DNA of 63,621 nucleotides, counting the filler, from Intoshia linei (lineage: Eukaryota > Animalia > Orthonectida), in the NCBI GenBank assembly GCA_001642005.1. It is 5 parts of 5 records of this genome, joined end to end, with 100 filler letters (N's around TTAATTAATTAA, not from the genome) between each part and the next. Parts side by side here need not be neighbours in the genome. Positions count along the whole stretch, not along the records: positions 1 to 12,422 come from LWCA01001079.1; positions 12,523 to 17,087 come from LWCA01001906.1; 3 more parts are not named here. The stretch is one strand, 5' to 3'. Both the position numbers and the translations under genes were made by a program. Below are positions 1 to 13,765 of this stretch, piece after piece. The number at the start of each line of letters is the position of its first letter. The stretch's first letter is position 1. A model generated the notes under the pieces. The model saw nothing but the letters and a program-made list of their open reading frames with translations, did no database searches and was not told where the DNA came from.

Positions 1-53
1 TCATTAAGATCAATATTTGGGGTGCATAGGTCAAAAAAGGTTAAGAACCACTG
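1..53. mobile_element. Right end of a hAT-type (Charlie-like) MITE
   Basis: Ends in AAAAAGGTTAAGAACCACTG; nearly identical to 39905-39954. Confidence 0.65.
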
Positions 54-60
54 CCCTAGT

Positions 61-172
61 GTCTAGTTGTAAATGGAAAATGTGTAGTTAGTTAGTTATA
101 GTAACATAACATCATTACACCTCCACCCCAAGATATTACAAGGTGTAATCTTGAAGGTTTCTTGAGAATACG
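61..172 (-). mobile_element. Possible LTR retrotransposon 3' remnant (integrase tail, polypurine tract, LTR start)
   Basis: Minus strand reads RILKKPSRLHL*, then TTGGGGTGGAGG immediately followed by TGTAATG, the usual PPT-TG arrangement. Confidence 0.35.
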
Positions 173-973
173 TTTTATATATAATGTAGTTAAAATAGTT
201 AATTAAAATATAATGTAGTTGTTCACGGATAGTTTTGATTGCTTTTCAAAATTAAAATAAAGATATACCTACATTTAGAAAATCAAATAATAAAAAATAA
301 GCATTTCTCCATTAATTTTATATCATTATTTTTACAGAATTGTAATTATAAATTTATGACGATGGGATGTCTATTTGACACATTTAAATTATATTAAATT
401 TGGAATAATTATAATTTGATAGTGTTAATTCTACAATTAATCATTGTAATAAGTAATGTAGATATATCAAAATATAAATATAACTTAAAGCAAATACTGA
501 ATTATTTATTCTCAGGGAGAACAAACATTGATTATTGAATCGACCAAGGATACAGTGTACCGTTAACTTAAATCATGAAATGTAACCACATTATTACAGT
601 TTATAACATACGATCTCTGATATAACTAACGCAGTAAATATAATGATAATTATAAAGCCTTGTAGATTAATTTAAAAACAAGATACAATAAAATTCCATG
701 AAATATAACCCATAAAAATAATCCTAATAATTAATAAATGTACAATTATTTAAGTGATATTACGACATATAAACTACATTCAAACAAGTATACATTTTAC
801 ATTACAATATCATTAACCTAATAATCAGTATTTTGGAAAAATGCCAATTTATAGCAAATGGAGTTAGGCGACGACCATATATAATATTATAAATTTGGAT
901 ACGACATTATTTATAGTAACTATTTGATTTATTGGTAAAGTATAGAGTAAGTAAACTTTATATAAATTTATAG

Positions 974-3900
974 ATGGAGAATACTAATGATCTCAATGAA
1001 CGTAATATTAGTCGTAAGCGAAAATTTAGTCTGACCGCATTTGAAGATTTTGTAAATTCAACTTCAGATTCAGAAAAACCAATGATAAATAAATCTGTTT
1101 ATGAAAATTGCTATTTCAAGTCAGGATGTCTGTATTATGAACAACCAAAACATATACCCAAAATTGACGGTCATTATATTGACCCATTTTGTAACCCAGA
1201 CATGTTAAAGAAAATTAAATTTTCAGACATCATTAAAGCCAAACGTAATATACAAAGTGACATTTTTTTTTCGCCTTGTCAAGTTTATACTCGTTATAAT
1301 AATATTCATGCCTATTTTTAGAGATCAGTAACTCTCTCAAAAATGACGAAATGCAATCTATTTTTCAAAAAAGAATATCTTCAAATTACTGGGAGGTTAT
1401 TTATTATAAATACGAATCAATCATTATAATTATTTTTACAATTCAAAGATTGAATTGTTTATTTAGTTTCAAGGAAAGAGGTGCCAGAAACAGTCTATTG
1501 TCCCTCACTAAGGTATTTCACCCTGAATTTAAACCATACTTTAATTTTAACATACTGTTAACTAGTCCGTTCCACTTAGTTTTTTTAACTCAGTACGGTA
1601 CTAAGTACATTTTTTTGCTTAAAACCCTCAGTACAGTAAAATTAAGTAGTTTTCAAAAAAACTCAATAAAATGTATTTTGTTAAAATTTAAATTACATCA
1701 CAAACATTAATATTATTATATTAAAAATATCATGCATTATTTATGATTCCTAAAACAAACAATAAAATTTCTAATGATGTGATCACGAGAAGACGCTATG
1801 TGTACTCAAATTTAATTAATTCCATAACTTTTATAACTGCAAATTGTGTATTTCTACACAATTATGACATGTTATAATAATTGTTTTATTGGGTTGAATA
1901 GAACAAAAATATGTGTCACAGGGGGTGAATACTCAAAAAAGTTTGAGAAGCACTGATATAAAGTACCATTTAAATGGATATAGTCAATTTTAAATTAATT
2001 CATTTAAATTGTACCAGAATCAACAGAAATTAGGTGTAGTAACTGCATCTGCAGGAAACCATGCCTTAGGTCTAGCTTATCAAGGGAAATTATTGGGGAT
2101 AAGTATCACAGTTATGGTTCCATTATCAGCACCAAGTATATTTGCCGTTACTCATAAATTTCTACATTTTAGTCATGAAAATCGAGAGGTGTAAGACATT
2201 TAACGCTAAAGTTGTAGTGTGTGGTCGAAATTTAATGGAGGTATATTATAATAAGTGCAAAACATACATTGTATGTATAGATTACTAGATTCAGAGCCGA
2301 ACCTACCATGCACTCAAATTTTCGCAAACGATGCGTAATGCCATATACCCCTGGCCACCTCTCCATTCGCCTGAACTAGAAAGTTATAAATTATAACTGA
2401 TACCAAATGAGGTCCCCATATACATGTAAAATATGTTGTCGAAATAGGATAGATCCTGCTAGGAAGCGTATCGGTGAGGCAGGTTCGACTGTGATTAGAA
2501 TGTCAACTTTTTATAGTTATGCAAATATTTAAAATAACAAAAAAATTAGACTAAAGAGATAGCTATGGATTATGCTGTTGAAAATAAACAAATATATATC
2601 AATGGGTATTAAATAAAATACGTATTGACTAGTAATTTTTAAAATTATATAGGTATGATTTTCCACCAATATTAGCAGGTCAAGGTACAATAGGATTGGA
2701 AATTCACGAACAGGTTTAAAAAATGGAATATTATATAATTCTAGAATCTAGATGCCAAATGTTGACTATATTTTGGTTCCAATTGGTGGTGGTGGTCTAA
2801 TTGCTGGCATATCAGTTGCTATTAAATCAATAAATCCAAAAATTAAAATTATAGTTAAATATTAATCATAATTAAATTTAAACACACAAAATAGGGAATA
2901 GAATCTGAAAATTTCAACACGTTCTCGTTAAGTATGGAAAAGGGGCAAATTATCAGTCCTGAAAACAGATGCACCCTGGCAGATGGTACTTAAAAAATGA
3001 ATAACAACTTTACGTGTTTAGGTTTAGCGGCGCCAATTGGGTACAATTCTTTTTATAATGCGAAAGGTTTGATTGACAAAATAGTTAATGTTTCAGAAAA
3101 AAGTATATCTCAAGCAATACTCAGACTGATTGAAATTGAAAAATCTGTTATAGAAGGTGCTGGTGCAATTGGTTTGGCTGCCCTCATTTCGAATAAACTC
3201 CCAGAATGCAAAAACAAAAAGTTTTACAATTTAAATGTATACATTAATTATTCAGTGTGTGTGTTATTTTATCTGGAGGCAATATTGACACATCCGTGTT
3301 AGGTAGATGCTTGGATATTGGATTACGTGCTGATGAGAGACTCATGAAAATGTCTGTGACTATGGGTGATAAACCTGGTTCTATCGCTGAATTAACAAGA
3401 ATTGTTGCTGCTGAAGGTGGCAAGTAATAATCTACATTGTATACATTTACATTCGCGGATCTCAACTGGAATTTAAGGGTGTTTTAGAGTCAACGTTTTT
3501 TTAATAATTTTAATAAAATATAAATAAATTTAAAAATTTATACAAGAGTTTTAAAAATTCATAACCTACGCAGTGAAAGTAACAATGTCAATTCAAAATA
3601 TTTAAATTAATGGAAAAGTTAATTTAGTATCGTTTTGGATGACTAAATTTTCCTATAAATTTGTAACAAAACATATCTATAAGTAGCTTTCTTTCACTAG
3701 GACCAAGTGATTAATTTTTAGAGATTTTAGTCAAATTTAGATAATTTTTTAAATACAACTTTACTAATTCTAAATTTAAAGTAAGCTAGTTTTGACGTTG
3801 CATATATTTATTTTTATCAATATATAATATAGATTCATATTATATTTATAACGCGTTCCAGAATTTGTGTTTTTTTAAATTTTAGGTTGATTTTATTTTT

Positions 3901-6211
3901 AAAAAAAAAAGGGAAAATTAGGCTTTTTTAAATTTAGAATTATTTATTTTTTAAATAAACGGTAACAGACAGACAAATTTTATTATTATTCAATTTTATA
4001 TAAATAAAGCGGTGGTTTCCGATTGAGGTGCCTGACCCTTTTGGGGTCTTTTGAACTTTTGTTTATTTTTATAGGAGAATTTTTAATGTTTTTTGCAGAA
4101 TTACCAAATCTGTGGAATTCATCACAAAATTTAAACCAGGGGTGCACAACGTGCGGCCGTAAAAGCGTTTATGTACGGCCGTGGACAATCCATCTGATAT
4201 AATGCAATATATCATTTTACTTCAAATTGAAAAATTTAAATCAGATTTTATTCAAGGTCTATTTATAATATTTTAATCCAAAAGTTACATTCTTGACTTT
4301 TCCCCAGTTTCTCAAATGGTAGCGAAAAGCACACAAAATCAAAAGTCACTGATACCTTTTTTTACGTAATTATTAATATTAGTGCAGAATTATCAAAAAT
4401 TAAAATTATGAGCATTATTATAAATTTCAATCTCAGAAACGTACCTGTTCACGAAAAGGGCGGATTTATTTATAATCTTGAAAAATGAAGAAATACTAAT
4501 AATTTAGTCTTAAAATATAAAGAAAATAACAGTTTATTCAGCTTTTTGCAGTTGACATACAAAAAAATTCAATATCAGTTATACTTTCCCGGATTAAGTA
4601 AAGTAGTTTGCACTCTTGTTTTTTTACAAAGTAACTTATCAAATGTAATATAATCTATCAAAATAAAGAATATCAAAATGTAAATATAAAGTGTAATTAA
4701 TGGTCATAGAATACAGATTATGAAAAAAGAAACTTCAAAGTTATACAATTATTCATTCTGTAATTTTAAAGACATCGAAATATCATTATCAATTTACCGA
4801 TTGTATGCCATTTTTAAAATAACGTCACCACCTTTTAAAAGAAAAATTATATTATTTTGGTAACTATAAAAAAAGTAAAATAGTCGGTGCGACACGTCGA
4901 TAATATGTTTACTGTAATATGCTTAAGCGTGACTAAATCGTGTATACTGATCTATAAAGTACAGTCAAAACTGTTTATTTTAACTTAAAGAGTGTTTGAC
5001 TGTGTACATAAAAATAACGTCAAATAAGTTAACAACGTTAATTGAAGTATACTTCGAGTAATCGCTTCAGAGGCTTATAAAAAAACAGTCCAACAATTCT
5101 ACAACGTATTGAAGCGCGATGTGTCCACTAACTACACTAGTACATGAAAACTCGATTAAACAACATAATTTCCTACCCGAACTATCAGAGGACTTCAAGA
5201 TATTCTGATGAATTTATGTATTTCATTTTTTATCCAGAATGGGGCGCCATGGTCAAAAATTAAGTCAAATTTTTACTTTTGCTCTGTAAAAAATGTAATT
5301 AAAATTGTGTTGACAAGTGTTGATAGCAGAATAACACGATCGAAAGAATTCAGTCTTCAATTTGTATTGTCACACTGACTGCTGCGAGTGTATGAGAAAA
5401 CTGCCATAAAATGCGTAATTTGGTCAAATTGTGGTGGCCCTTATCCAGAATATATAATGGTAAGTGCGACACCATCAAGTAAACTAAAAAATTAGGAATA
5501 TTGAATATTATTTTTAATATAATTATATTTCTATATATTAATAGCATAAAAGAGTTTATTCACCAAAGATCAATTCACAATAAATCCGATTGTACACAAG
5601 ATATTTATTGCGTTAATGTAATTTTAAATTTTCAAACTTACCTGTATTAATCATACATTAATAAAATTATAATTAATAAAAATCATAGATTCGATTAGTC
5701 GTTGAAGTAAGGAATCCATTACACGGTATAAATTTTTTAAATAAAAAAAAATATAAAACAGGATGCCCAACCTGTCGATCGCCAAAATTAAAAAATGAGA
5801 ATTAATTTTTTATTTTAATAATACTCGTTATTTAAAATTATATCTATTTTAATATTGTTAAACCGTTATCTAATAAATGAATTAGTCCACTATTTCTTAA
5901 ACTGGATAATTCCGATAATTTTCAAATATACAGCGAAAGTGTTAAGAATTATTCCGAATTTTAATTTTTATATTTTCTACAATCACACAAGTAACACAAA
6001 AAAATATTTAGTTCAACATTTTTTATTGGATTCCGCAAGGAGATTTTTTTGAAATAGGTTCCGATCAGAAACATTTTTCTAGTCAATGTATTAGTCGATC
6101 GCATCAAAAAAAGGTTGGGCACCACACTGATATAAAACATTGATATTTTTAGGCAAAAAATTGTCGGAAATATTAAAAGACACATATCAAAACAATATAC
6201 ATATCAACTAA
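974..6211 (+). CDS. PLP-dependent L-threonine/serine dehydratase (TdcB/IlvA-like) with C-terminal ACT domain, 14 exons
   Basis: Phase-consistent exons 974-1282, 1322-1395, 1467-1512, 2018-2135, 2173-2240, 2550-2605, 2653-2713, 2752-2853, 2895-2985, 3022-3220, 3256-3423, 5545-5617, 5689-5725, 6153-6211. Motifs: [16 protein letters not shown] (PLP lysine), [40 protein letters not shown] and ACT-type DKPGSIAEL. Confidence 0.93.
2292..2493. mobile_element. MITE with CAGAGCCGAACCTACC-type TIRs, in a dehydratase intron
   Basis: CAGAGCCGAACCTACC ... GGCAGGTTCGACTGTG; related ends near 25888/26135, 26185, 43220 and 46497/46600. Confidence 0.6.
5759..6129. mobile_element. hAT-type MITE in the last dehydratase intron
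   Basis: TIRs CAGGATGCCCAACCT / AGGTTGGGCACCACACTG; perfect 8-bp TSD ATATAAAA. Confidence 0.85.
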
Positions 6212-6609
6212 CATTTGTTACATTATTATTGTTATAAACCATTACAAATACTACATTAAACAATGTTGAATTTTTCCAATCTTTTGTAGTAACCACTACC
6301 ATACAAATTCCGTTAAAACATGTAAAAATATGGTTTGTGTCTACAAGTTAATCCACGATACATTGAAAAATTGATCAATCTTAATTTTAATGTAAAATGT
6401 AGGGTCTCGGTGGAAAATTTTTATAATGAAATAAAATGTTAAAATTTACTCCACCTTAAATTTTTGGGCCGCGAAAATAAATGATTGAATATAATATATA
6501 AATATTGTCTGCTGTAAATAATTGATTGTATCAATAGTGTTTCTTTAAGGTTAATAAAAGTAATAAGATACATAATATAAAACAATATAATTATAAATTA
6601 TTGTACACA

Positions 6610-7810
6610 TTAACCCTTGCAAACATCTGGTTTAATGTCACCATTTTCATTATTTGTTTTTGGAGATAAAAGTAAAACTGGATTAGGTATAATATTAATG
6701 TCAGAAGAAGCTTTTGGTCGATTATATAAAATAATATTCTTTTTTTGTCGATCTGCTAATAGAACAGATACTTTTGCACTTAATTCATTAATTTTGTTTT
6801 CTTGGTTCGTCATCAATTCTTTAAGGGTGCTGAAACAATCAATCATTGTACATTGATTCTTTATTATTTCAAAAATGGATGTATCGTCTTGTGTATCATG
6901 TAAATTTTCATTTTTTTCATAAGTATGATCGACTATATATGCTGAATTGGTAAAAGATGTATCATTAATGTTAACGCCATCAAATTCATCGTCGATTGTT
7001 GCTTCTTCATAAGATTTAGATGCGTTTCGTGATGATCCATTTTCCTAAAACATTAATAATTGTTTAATTTGAGAAACATCAACACTTCAATACACAGTAC
7101 ATATATAATTATGAATAAAAATTTAAAGATTCAATTTTTCAATGTTAAAAAAATTATAATAACTGAAAAATAAGAAAGCTAGCATCAATATTAAATATTG
7201 ATTCAAATGAACTAATATTATACCCTCATCTTGCGCGGGACTTTATCAAATTTATGTTCAGCTTCAACATGGTTTGCTAAAGCTTGATTAGATTTATATT
7301 CTTTTCCACAATCATGACAAGAGGTAGTGGTATCTTTAGTTTCGGTGTGCGTGCTTTCGTGTTTAAAAAGGCCGGCCAATGTAACAAAAGGCCTCTCACA
7401 ATAAGCACATTTCATGCAGGGTTGTAAGTTACTAAAAGTAAATTAAAACAAATTAGAAAAAATTACGTTTCTGATATAGATTCAATTAAAGATGCCTTTT
7501 TATTCATGGTAAAATTTTTTTTTAATTTATTAGGTTTCGCTTTATGAGCTCTAAGATGTAAAATATATTCAATTAAAAAATTAAAAAATTAACCTCATGT
7601 GCCCCTTCAAATTCCAACTATGTTTAAAATTGCAACCGCAAGATTCTACTGGACACAAATACGGTCTTGCGGTACTATGAGATCTAAAATCCATAAAAAC
7701 CAATACACTCCAAAAACGTACTTGAAATGCACTTTCATGTGATTAATTTGTCTAAATCGTAAATTACAACCTTTGTATCTACATTTAAAAGGTAGTTCGT
7801 AATTTTCCAT
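6610..7810 (-). CDS. C2H2 zinc-finger protein (4 fingers, acidic region, C-terminal possible coiled coil), 5 exons
   Basis: Exons 7722-7810, 7594-7683, 7467-7550, 7224-7431, 6610-7044 are phase-consistent. Fingers: CRYKGC..HMKVHFKSH, CPVESC..HMRAH, CAYC..HESTH, CHDC..HVEAEH. Confidence 0.85.
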
Positions 7811-8123
7811 GGGTAAATGTTGAGTTTAGTATGTATAAACTAAAATAACAAAATTGGTTTATATAGTTAGAGTGATATTAAAGATATTATATATTGGATG
7901 CTATTAGATACAATATGTCTGTATGATAAATATTGCTAGTATTTATGTATTATGAAGTACACTACATGTAAGTTATATGAATATTATCCGTTGTTTGCCA
8001 ACTATTGAATAAGATGTTTTATTTTTTATTTGAATTGTAGTTTATACTTTGAATATACAATTTGTGTGAAAACATAAAATTGGTTGAAAATTTCAATTTA
8101 AAATAATATAGGATAAAAAATTT

Positions 8124-11100
8124 TTAACAAGAGTATACTTTTATTGAAATTTTTCTTTTTACAATTGGTAAGTCGTGTAATGGTTCAGTTTCCAATATAA
8201 TTTTATTAATGTTTTCAATCATGTCTAAATTGTGAAGAATACCATTGTGTGAATTATTTTGGAATTGTTTAGAAATGTGTATGTAACTGTTTTTCCATGT
8301 ATTACAGTAATTTAATGATTTTAAATTGACTGTGCCATCTGCTAATTCATAAGTTAATTTAGGTTGGCCATTCGGAAATTTTGTAAATGTGTAATCTAAT
8401 TGTTTTATTGTTTTATACCCACCACCAAAGTAGCAATACGTTTTAATTTTCGGAGGCTTGATGTTATCAATTATATTTGAGAGAAATTGCCATCTTTGAT
8501 AGGATGATGGATAATTTAATACTTTTATTAAAGTATCAATGTCATTGTTGGTGAAATTTTTATCCTTCGTTAAAATAAAGGGTTGTTTTGATTTCCAATT
8601 TTTTTGAGAGGGTAGTAACGAAATAGCTGATTGGTATGACCGTAATAAATCCTTCCATTCATTGGGCCGAGTCCATGGAACTCCAAAGTTTAACCCTATA
8701 GTTTAAGAAATTAATTTTTCAGATGTAATCAAGACAAAAATATATTATAGTAACTTTTGCTTTAGATCTGACGACTCATTTTGAAACATTAGTCAGTCAG
8801 TTAGTCAGTTAACGTACACCGTATTGTTATACCTATTTAGTATCAATGTTTGCATTATATGTTAATTAATATAATGAATTCTATACAGTTTTACTTGTCC
8901 CAGTTACAATCAATTATTTTTTTTTGGATAATTTTTTCTAGGCTAGGGAAAATGAAATGCATTAAAATTTAATTTAAATAGATCCATGAATTTCAATGTA
9001 TAATTACCAAGTTAGAATGAATATAAAATATTAAACTACATGTATATGTCTGGTTTATTATTACCAATATTATACTGATAAGTTATATACAAAATCAATA
9101 TTTGTCTGTGTATTCAAGATTTCATAAAAAAATAAATAATATGTATTAGTGTGTTCAACTTAGTTATCAAACCTAGCGTTAGTTATTGAGATTAAAATTT
9201 TTTGTGTGTCTTAACATAATAAAACTATACCATCTGTAATTTTTTTAAATTCTAGGGCTGTTTTCTTAAAAAAAAGAGTAATTTGTGGTTTTAGCTCTGA
9301 AGAGACAATTTTTTTTTAATTTAAATTTATGTAACATTTATGATTTTAAAATCCTTATCAGCGTATATATTTCTTTTAAATTCTCCAACTTGTTAGATTT
9401 TCAAAAAAAGGACAATTGCGGTTTTTGACCCGTAAAATGTGAGTTTGGAAGGTTAAAATTATTTATTATATGTCCCGGAAAAAACTGTTATTGAAATGTG
9501 GACTTTATAAAATTCTAAGACTGGTAGTTATTTCAATAAAGGGGAACACACACAAACAAATATTGCGTAGCATATTATATAAGTAAGGAATTTAACCGGG
9601 CGAATAACGGAAGTTTTACTATATTTAAATTTTTATGGTTTCTGGGATTCATGTATTATATAACAATTCTTTAGGGTTACAACCATAATTTAATTTTTTC
9701 TAAGGTCATAAAATCATTACCTAATAAATTAAAAAAATTGTCTATAAATTAGAAAGTCTGCCCTCAACAGAGCTGGCTGCTATTTGTACCAAGTACATAC
9801 AGTCAAATTAGTATATTTATAATTTTATTTATCTATCATTTATTAAACTATCACTAAAATTCAAAAGCTACGCTACGCTAAATTTCAAAAATCATCTTAT
9901 TCTTAAACGTACTGAGTTTTAAAACAAAAATATGTGTTTTGAACCACCCTAATAAAAAAGTATACAAAAGAAATGTATACAAAAATGTACCTTTCATTAA
10001 TCCGATTACTGTTTTTACTGATCCTGTCCAGGGTGTACTTATTGTAAATAAAACATGCAAATAATGATTTTTCCATGCAATCCTTTGTTTATTCAGAAAA
10101 ATATTGGCAATCAATCCACCATATGAGTGAGCTATAATAACAACTTTTTTATTTTTATTTCTTTTATATGTAATTTCAATGAGATTTTTTACTTTGATAT
10201 AAAATTTTTCATCTAAAATTTCGATTTTAAATATTTATTTTTGATAACCTTAAATCAGGGGTAGAAAACCAGTGGCCCACAGAATAATTTTGGTGGCCAT
10301 TTGAGTAAATATGTAAATTATACATTTTCAACTTTTAAACACTTTTCCACATTTTAATCATTTTAACTCTAAATTTTCAGATCGTCCTGGATAATTTTTT
10401 TCAATATGTTAGAACAGTTTCTCTTCAGTTAAAATTGAAATTTATCATGTGTAATTTTTCAAAAACGGGGCCCATATAATTTTTTGATAAAAAAATAACT
10501 CACGAGACGCAAAAGGTTGCCGCCCCTGCCTTAAACCAATGCAGGTGCATCGTACATTGTATTTTGAATTTTTCAGTGTTTCTCATTCGGGGTTTTCGAC
10601 AAATTGAGATTATTTTAATACATTTTTTAAAAACGTTGTACTCTTTAAACTTAATTCAGTTACAAGTTAATTTTGACAGAGTAAACTTACAGTACATAAA
10701 CGAATGTTTATATAGTATGTGCTAGTGTGTTCAACTTTTGTAAAAAGTACTTAATTTTACTTTTACTGTGTTATTGTATTTTTTTGTTATAAAGTTAAGA
10801 ATTATTAACTAAACTTACTTTTAAGAATAAGCTTATTTTTAAAAATTATTAATTTTGCCAATCAGATTGGTTATTAAATCAATACATTGGATAATTGCAT
10901 TAAATAAATAATTAAATTATCAATGCCTGCCACTAACGCATCAGTTGAAAGATTATTTTCGGCGGTGGGTTATTCAAGTCTATTTGTAGAATTAGGATTA
11001 CACCAGAATTTATTGAAACTCAATTGTAAAATACAATAAAACTTGATGTCTACAAAAAGTATTTTATAACGAATTTTTTTTAATAACAAAATCAATTATC

Positions 11101-11764
11101 TACTTTAAATGGTACTAGTTTCTTATAAAATTCAGTGGCGTAGCGTCATAGTGTGCATGTCGATTTTTTAGGGTTAAAATTAAAAAATCGACACTCGGAA
11201 GAGCTAGCTGGTGTTTGACAAACACTGTTCGTACAAAGTACAATCTACTACATAACGGGAAAGCTATTATTAGAGTAATATGACCGGACTACGAATTAAC
11301 ATTATTTATTATTAAATTACAGTATTATACCTTGTGCCTCTCTGAAATCATATGGAGCTCCGTGTAAGCTTTTTCCATCTACATATCCCAACTTTCTAAA
11401 ATTTTCCGCAATTGTAGTAAAAACGTTTGCTAAATTAATTTTTATATACTATTTTAGTAAATTAATCATTAGTAAACATTATTTATGCATAAATGAAAAT
11501 ACGCGTGTGAGACCCATTGTGTCTTTTTCAGATTACTTACAAAACAAAAAGACCTTTATTTTTAAAAAAACGAAATTTTAGGTTTTAATATATTTCAAGG
11601 CTGATACAGTTTCAGAAACATTATTCTCAGTAATGTTCACATTATGAGTTAAAAGGTATTTTTTTACTATTTATAGGATAAACTAATAATTCTGACTCCT
11701 AAATTATACAATTTTTTGAGAAACACTTGTTTACATACAAACATTCTTTTATTATAATAAAAGG
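8124..11764 (-). CDS. LCAT / group XV phospholipase A2 (PLA2G15-like), 5'-incomplete
   Basis: Confident exons 11331-11429 (GYVDGKSLHGAPYDFR), 9991-10212 (IIAHSYGG nucleophile elbow; STPWTGS) and 8124-8695 (ADGTV catalytic Asp; SHNGIL catalytic His). Tentative upstream exons 11541-11666 (contains an in-frame TAA) and ~11710-11764. Confidence 0.85.
9185..9590 (-). mobile_element. Non-autonomous Helitron-like repeat (family H)
   Basis: Homologous to 18128-18269, ~24810-25050, ~35770-36531 and 46774-47900. The 5' end reads TCCTTACTTATATAAT... followed by GTTTGTGTGT microsatellite-like sequence. Confidence 0.6.
10256..10528. mobile_element. hAT-type MITE
   Basis: CAGGGGTAGAAAACC ... GGTTGCCGCCCCTG; TSD CCTTAAAT/CCTTAAAC. 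Confidence 0.75.
10723..11040 (+). mobile_element. hAT transposase C-terminal (dimerization domain) remnant
   Basis: Starts TAGTGTGTTCAAC; encodes LSMPATNASVERLFS. Confidence 0.65.
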
Positions 11765-11795
11765 CTATAATTATAACATTTAGGGAGTAGTATGT

Positions 11796-12422
11796 CAGGA
11801 CCGTGGAGAAAAGCTAGGGGGCTATATGGCCCAGGCCTACAATCATAGGGGTCTACTTTTTAAATTTATTAATAGGTAATGTTGGAAAATTATCGTATAA
11901 TAAAATGTTCCATTACCATTAAAATTAGTGCCGTGTAAATATGTAAAAATGTTTTTGTTACTATAATTGATTTTGTTGTTAGTGGTATAACTACTCGTTT
12001 TAAGGCATTAGATCAAATTTGTCAATTATTCGATTTATTATGGAAATTTAAAGAATATAGTGATAATCATCTAATTGAAAAATGTACTCAATTACAATTG
12101 AATTACTCCAGTCATATTTCAACTACTATTAATGATGAAATACTTCTGCTTAAACGAATGTTAGGTGTAAATTTAAGTATAGAAAATATCTGATCTAAAA
12201 AAGTTTTAGAAAAGATTTTATCATTAAATTTAGAAAACATATTTCCAAATATTGTTATATCATTGCGTATTTTTTTGACATTATTCGTATCTGTAGCTTC
12301 TAATGAGAGAAGTTTCAGTGTGCTGAAGAGGATAAAATCTTACATAGGATATTCAATTAGCCAGGATCGCCTGAATGGATTGGCAATATTAAATATTAAT
12401 TCTGATAAAGCAAAACTAATTG
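11796..12422 (+). mobile_element. Degenerate hAT element (ZMYM1/Tip100-like transposase C-terminus), cut by the contig linker
   Basis: TIR CAGGACCGTGGAGA; FPNIVISLRIFLTLFVSVASNERSFSVLKRIKSY..SQDRLNGLAIL. Confidence 0.8.
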
Positions 12423-12522
12423 NNNNNNNNNNNNNNNNNNNNNNNNNNNNNNNNNNNNNNNNNNNNTTAATTAATTAANNNNNNNNNNNNNNNNNNNNNN
12501 NNNNNNNNNNNNNNNNNNNNNN
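12423..12522. other. Artificial contig linker
   Basis: 100 bp of N flanking TTAATTAATTAA (stops in all six frames); identical at four sites. Confidence 0.95.
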
Positions 12523-13765
12523 CAAATTCTTAGGTCACGTGATTAATGGATCAACAGTAAGAATGGATAACGATAAAGTCGATGCTATCCTCAAACTCAA
12601 CCAACCAAAGAATGTACAGGAAGCACGTAGGTTTATAGAATTATGTAACTACTACAACCGTTTCTTCAAAAACTACTCAGATATTTCATACTCTATTAGA
12701 TCACTACTAAAAAAAGGGAAGAAATTTGTATGAAGCAATGACTATAATTCCTCGTTTGTTAAGTTAACGAGTATGTTGTCATCTTCCTTAATCATACATA
12801 CAAATTTCGAATTATCATTTTAATTGGAAATGGATGCTTCCAATAATGGAGTTAATGCTATATTAATTTAAAGCGGCAAAATTGTTTCGTTTGCAAGTAA
12901 ATCATTCTCTCCCTTTCAGCGGATATATAGTGTATTTAAAAAGGAGTTATATGCACTTTATTGGGCAGCTCACAAGTTTAAATACTACTTACTGGGGAAA
13001 GAATTTACTCACATTACAGACCATAACCCTATTGTAAACATACGTGATTCAAATAAAGTGGATAATATGATGATGCGTTGGTTGCTGTGTCTAGAGGAAT
13101 TTATTTTCAATTCTGTATACCGATCAGGTGATAAAAATTTATCTGCTGACTTTTTATCCAGGATAACCCATTCCAACTCAGAGAAAATTAATTCAATGAT
13201 TATACACGACGATCCTTTCGATTTAAAATCTCGTCAACAAGAAGATCATTCTCTGCAAGAAGTACATACACTATTGTCACTAAATATGATACAGGACTAG
13301 TCTAATGAAAATGATTATTTCCGTATTCGCAATGCGCTAAAATTGATTAACGGTCTAGTCATGTGTAATATACAAAACGGTATTTTTCGTTCTATTGTTC
13401 CATTAATGATGATTAAACTTATTATCAAGAATTTTCATACATCTACACTTTATTATCACCCGGGGAATAATAAATTGTATCAATTGATAAACCAAAAATA
13501 TTACATTCCCTATTTGCTTAAAAATATAAAAGAAGTGACTAATAATTTTAATGATTGTCAAATAGTTAAACATCAAACGTACAAACGATTTAAGCCTTTA
13601 AAACCGGTAGAAACAAATCATTTTAATGAGGTTTGGCAGATTGATATCCTCGGTCCGTTACCTGTAACAAAATTTGGAAATAGGTACATTATTAATATGG
13701 TAGACCACTTTTCAGGTTATTGTGAATTTCAAGTTACAGAAGATATCACTGCTTTTTTGACCTGA
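12523..13765 (+). mobile_element. Degenerate Ty3/Gypsy pol (RT end, RNase H, integrase)
   Basis: FLGHVI, RRFIELCNYYNRF, EMDASNNG, ITDHNP, NLSADFLSR, HPG..CQ zinc-binding remnant, WQIDILGPLP..VDHFS; internal stops. Confidence 0.9.

Noticed and set aside
974-6211. Horizontal transfer of a bacterial-type threonine dehydratase
   Set aside because: It has 13 spliceosomal introns, and ACT-containing dehydratases are widespread in invertebrates; nothing here indicates recent HGT.
12423-12522. TTAATTAATTAA palindrome recurring four times (also at 17088, 30142, 60364)
   Set aside because: Always centred in a 100-bp N block; a synthetic six-frame-stop linker, not biology. Adjacency across these points is unproven.
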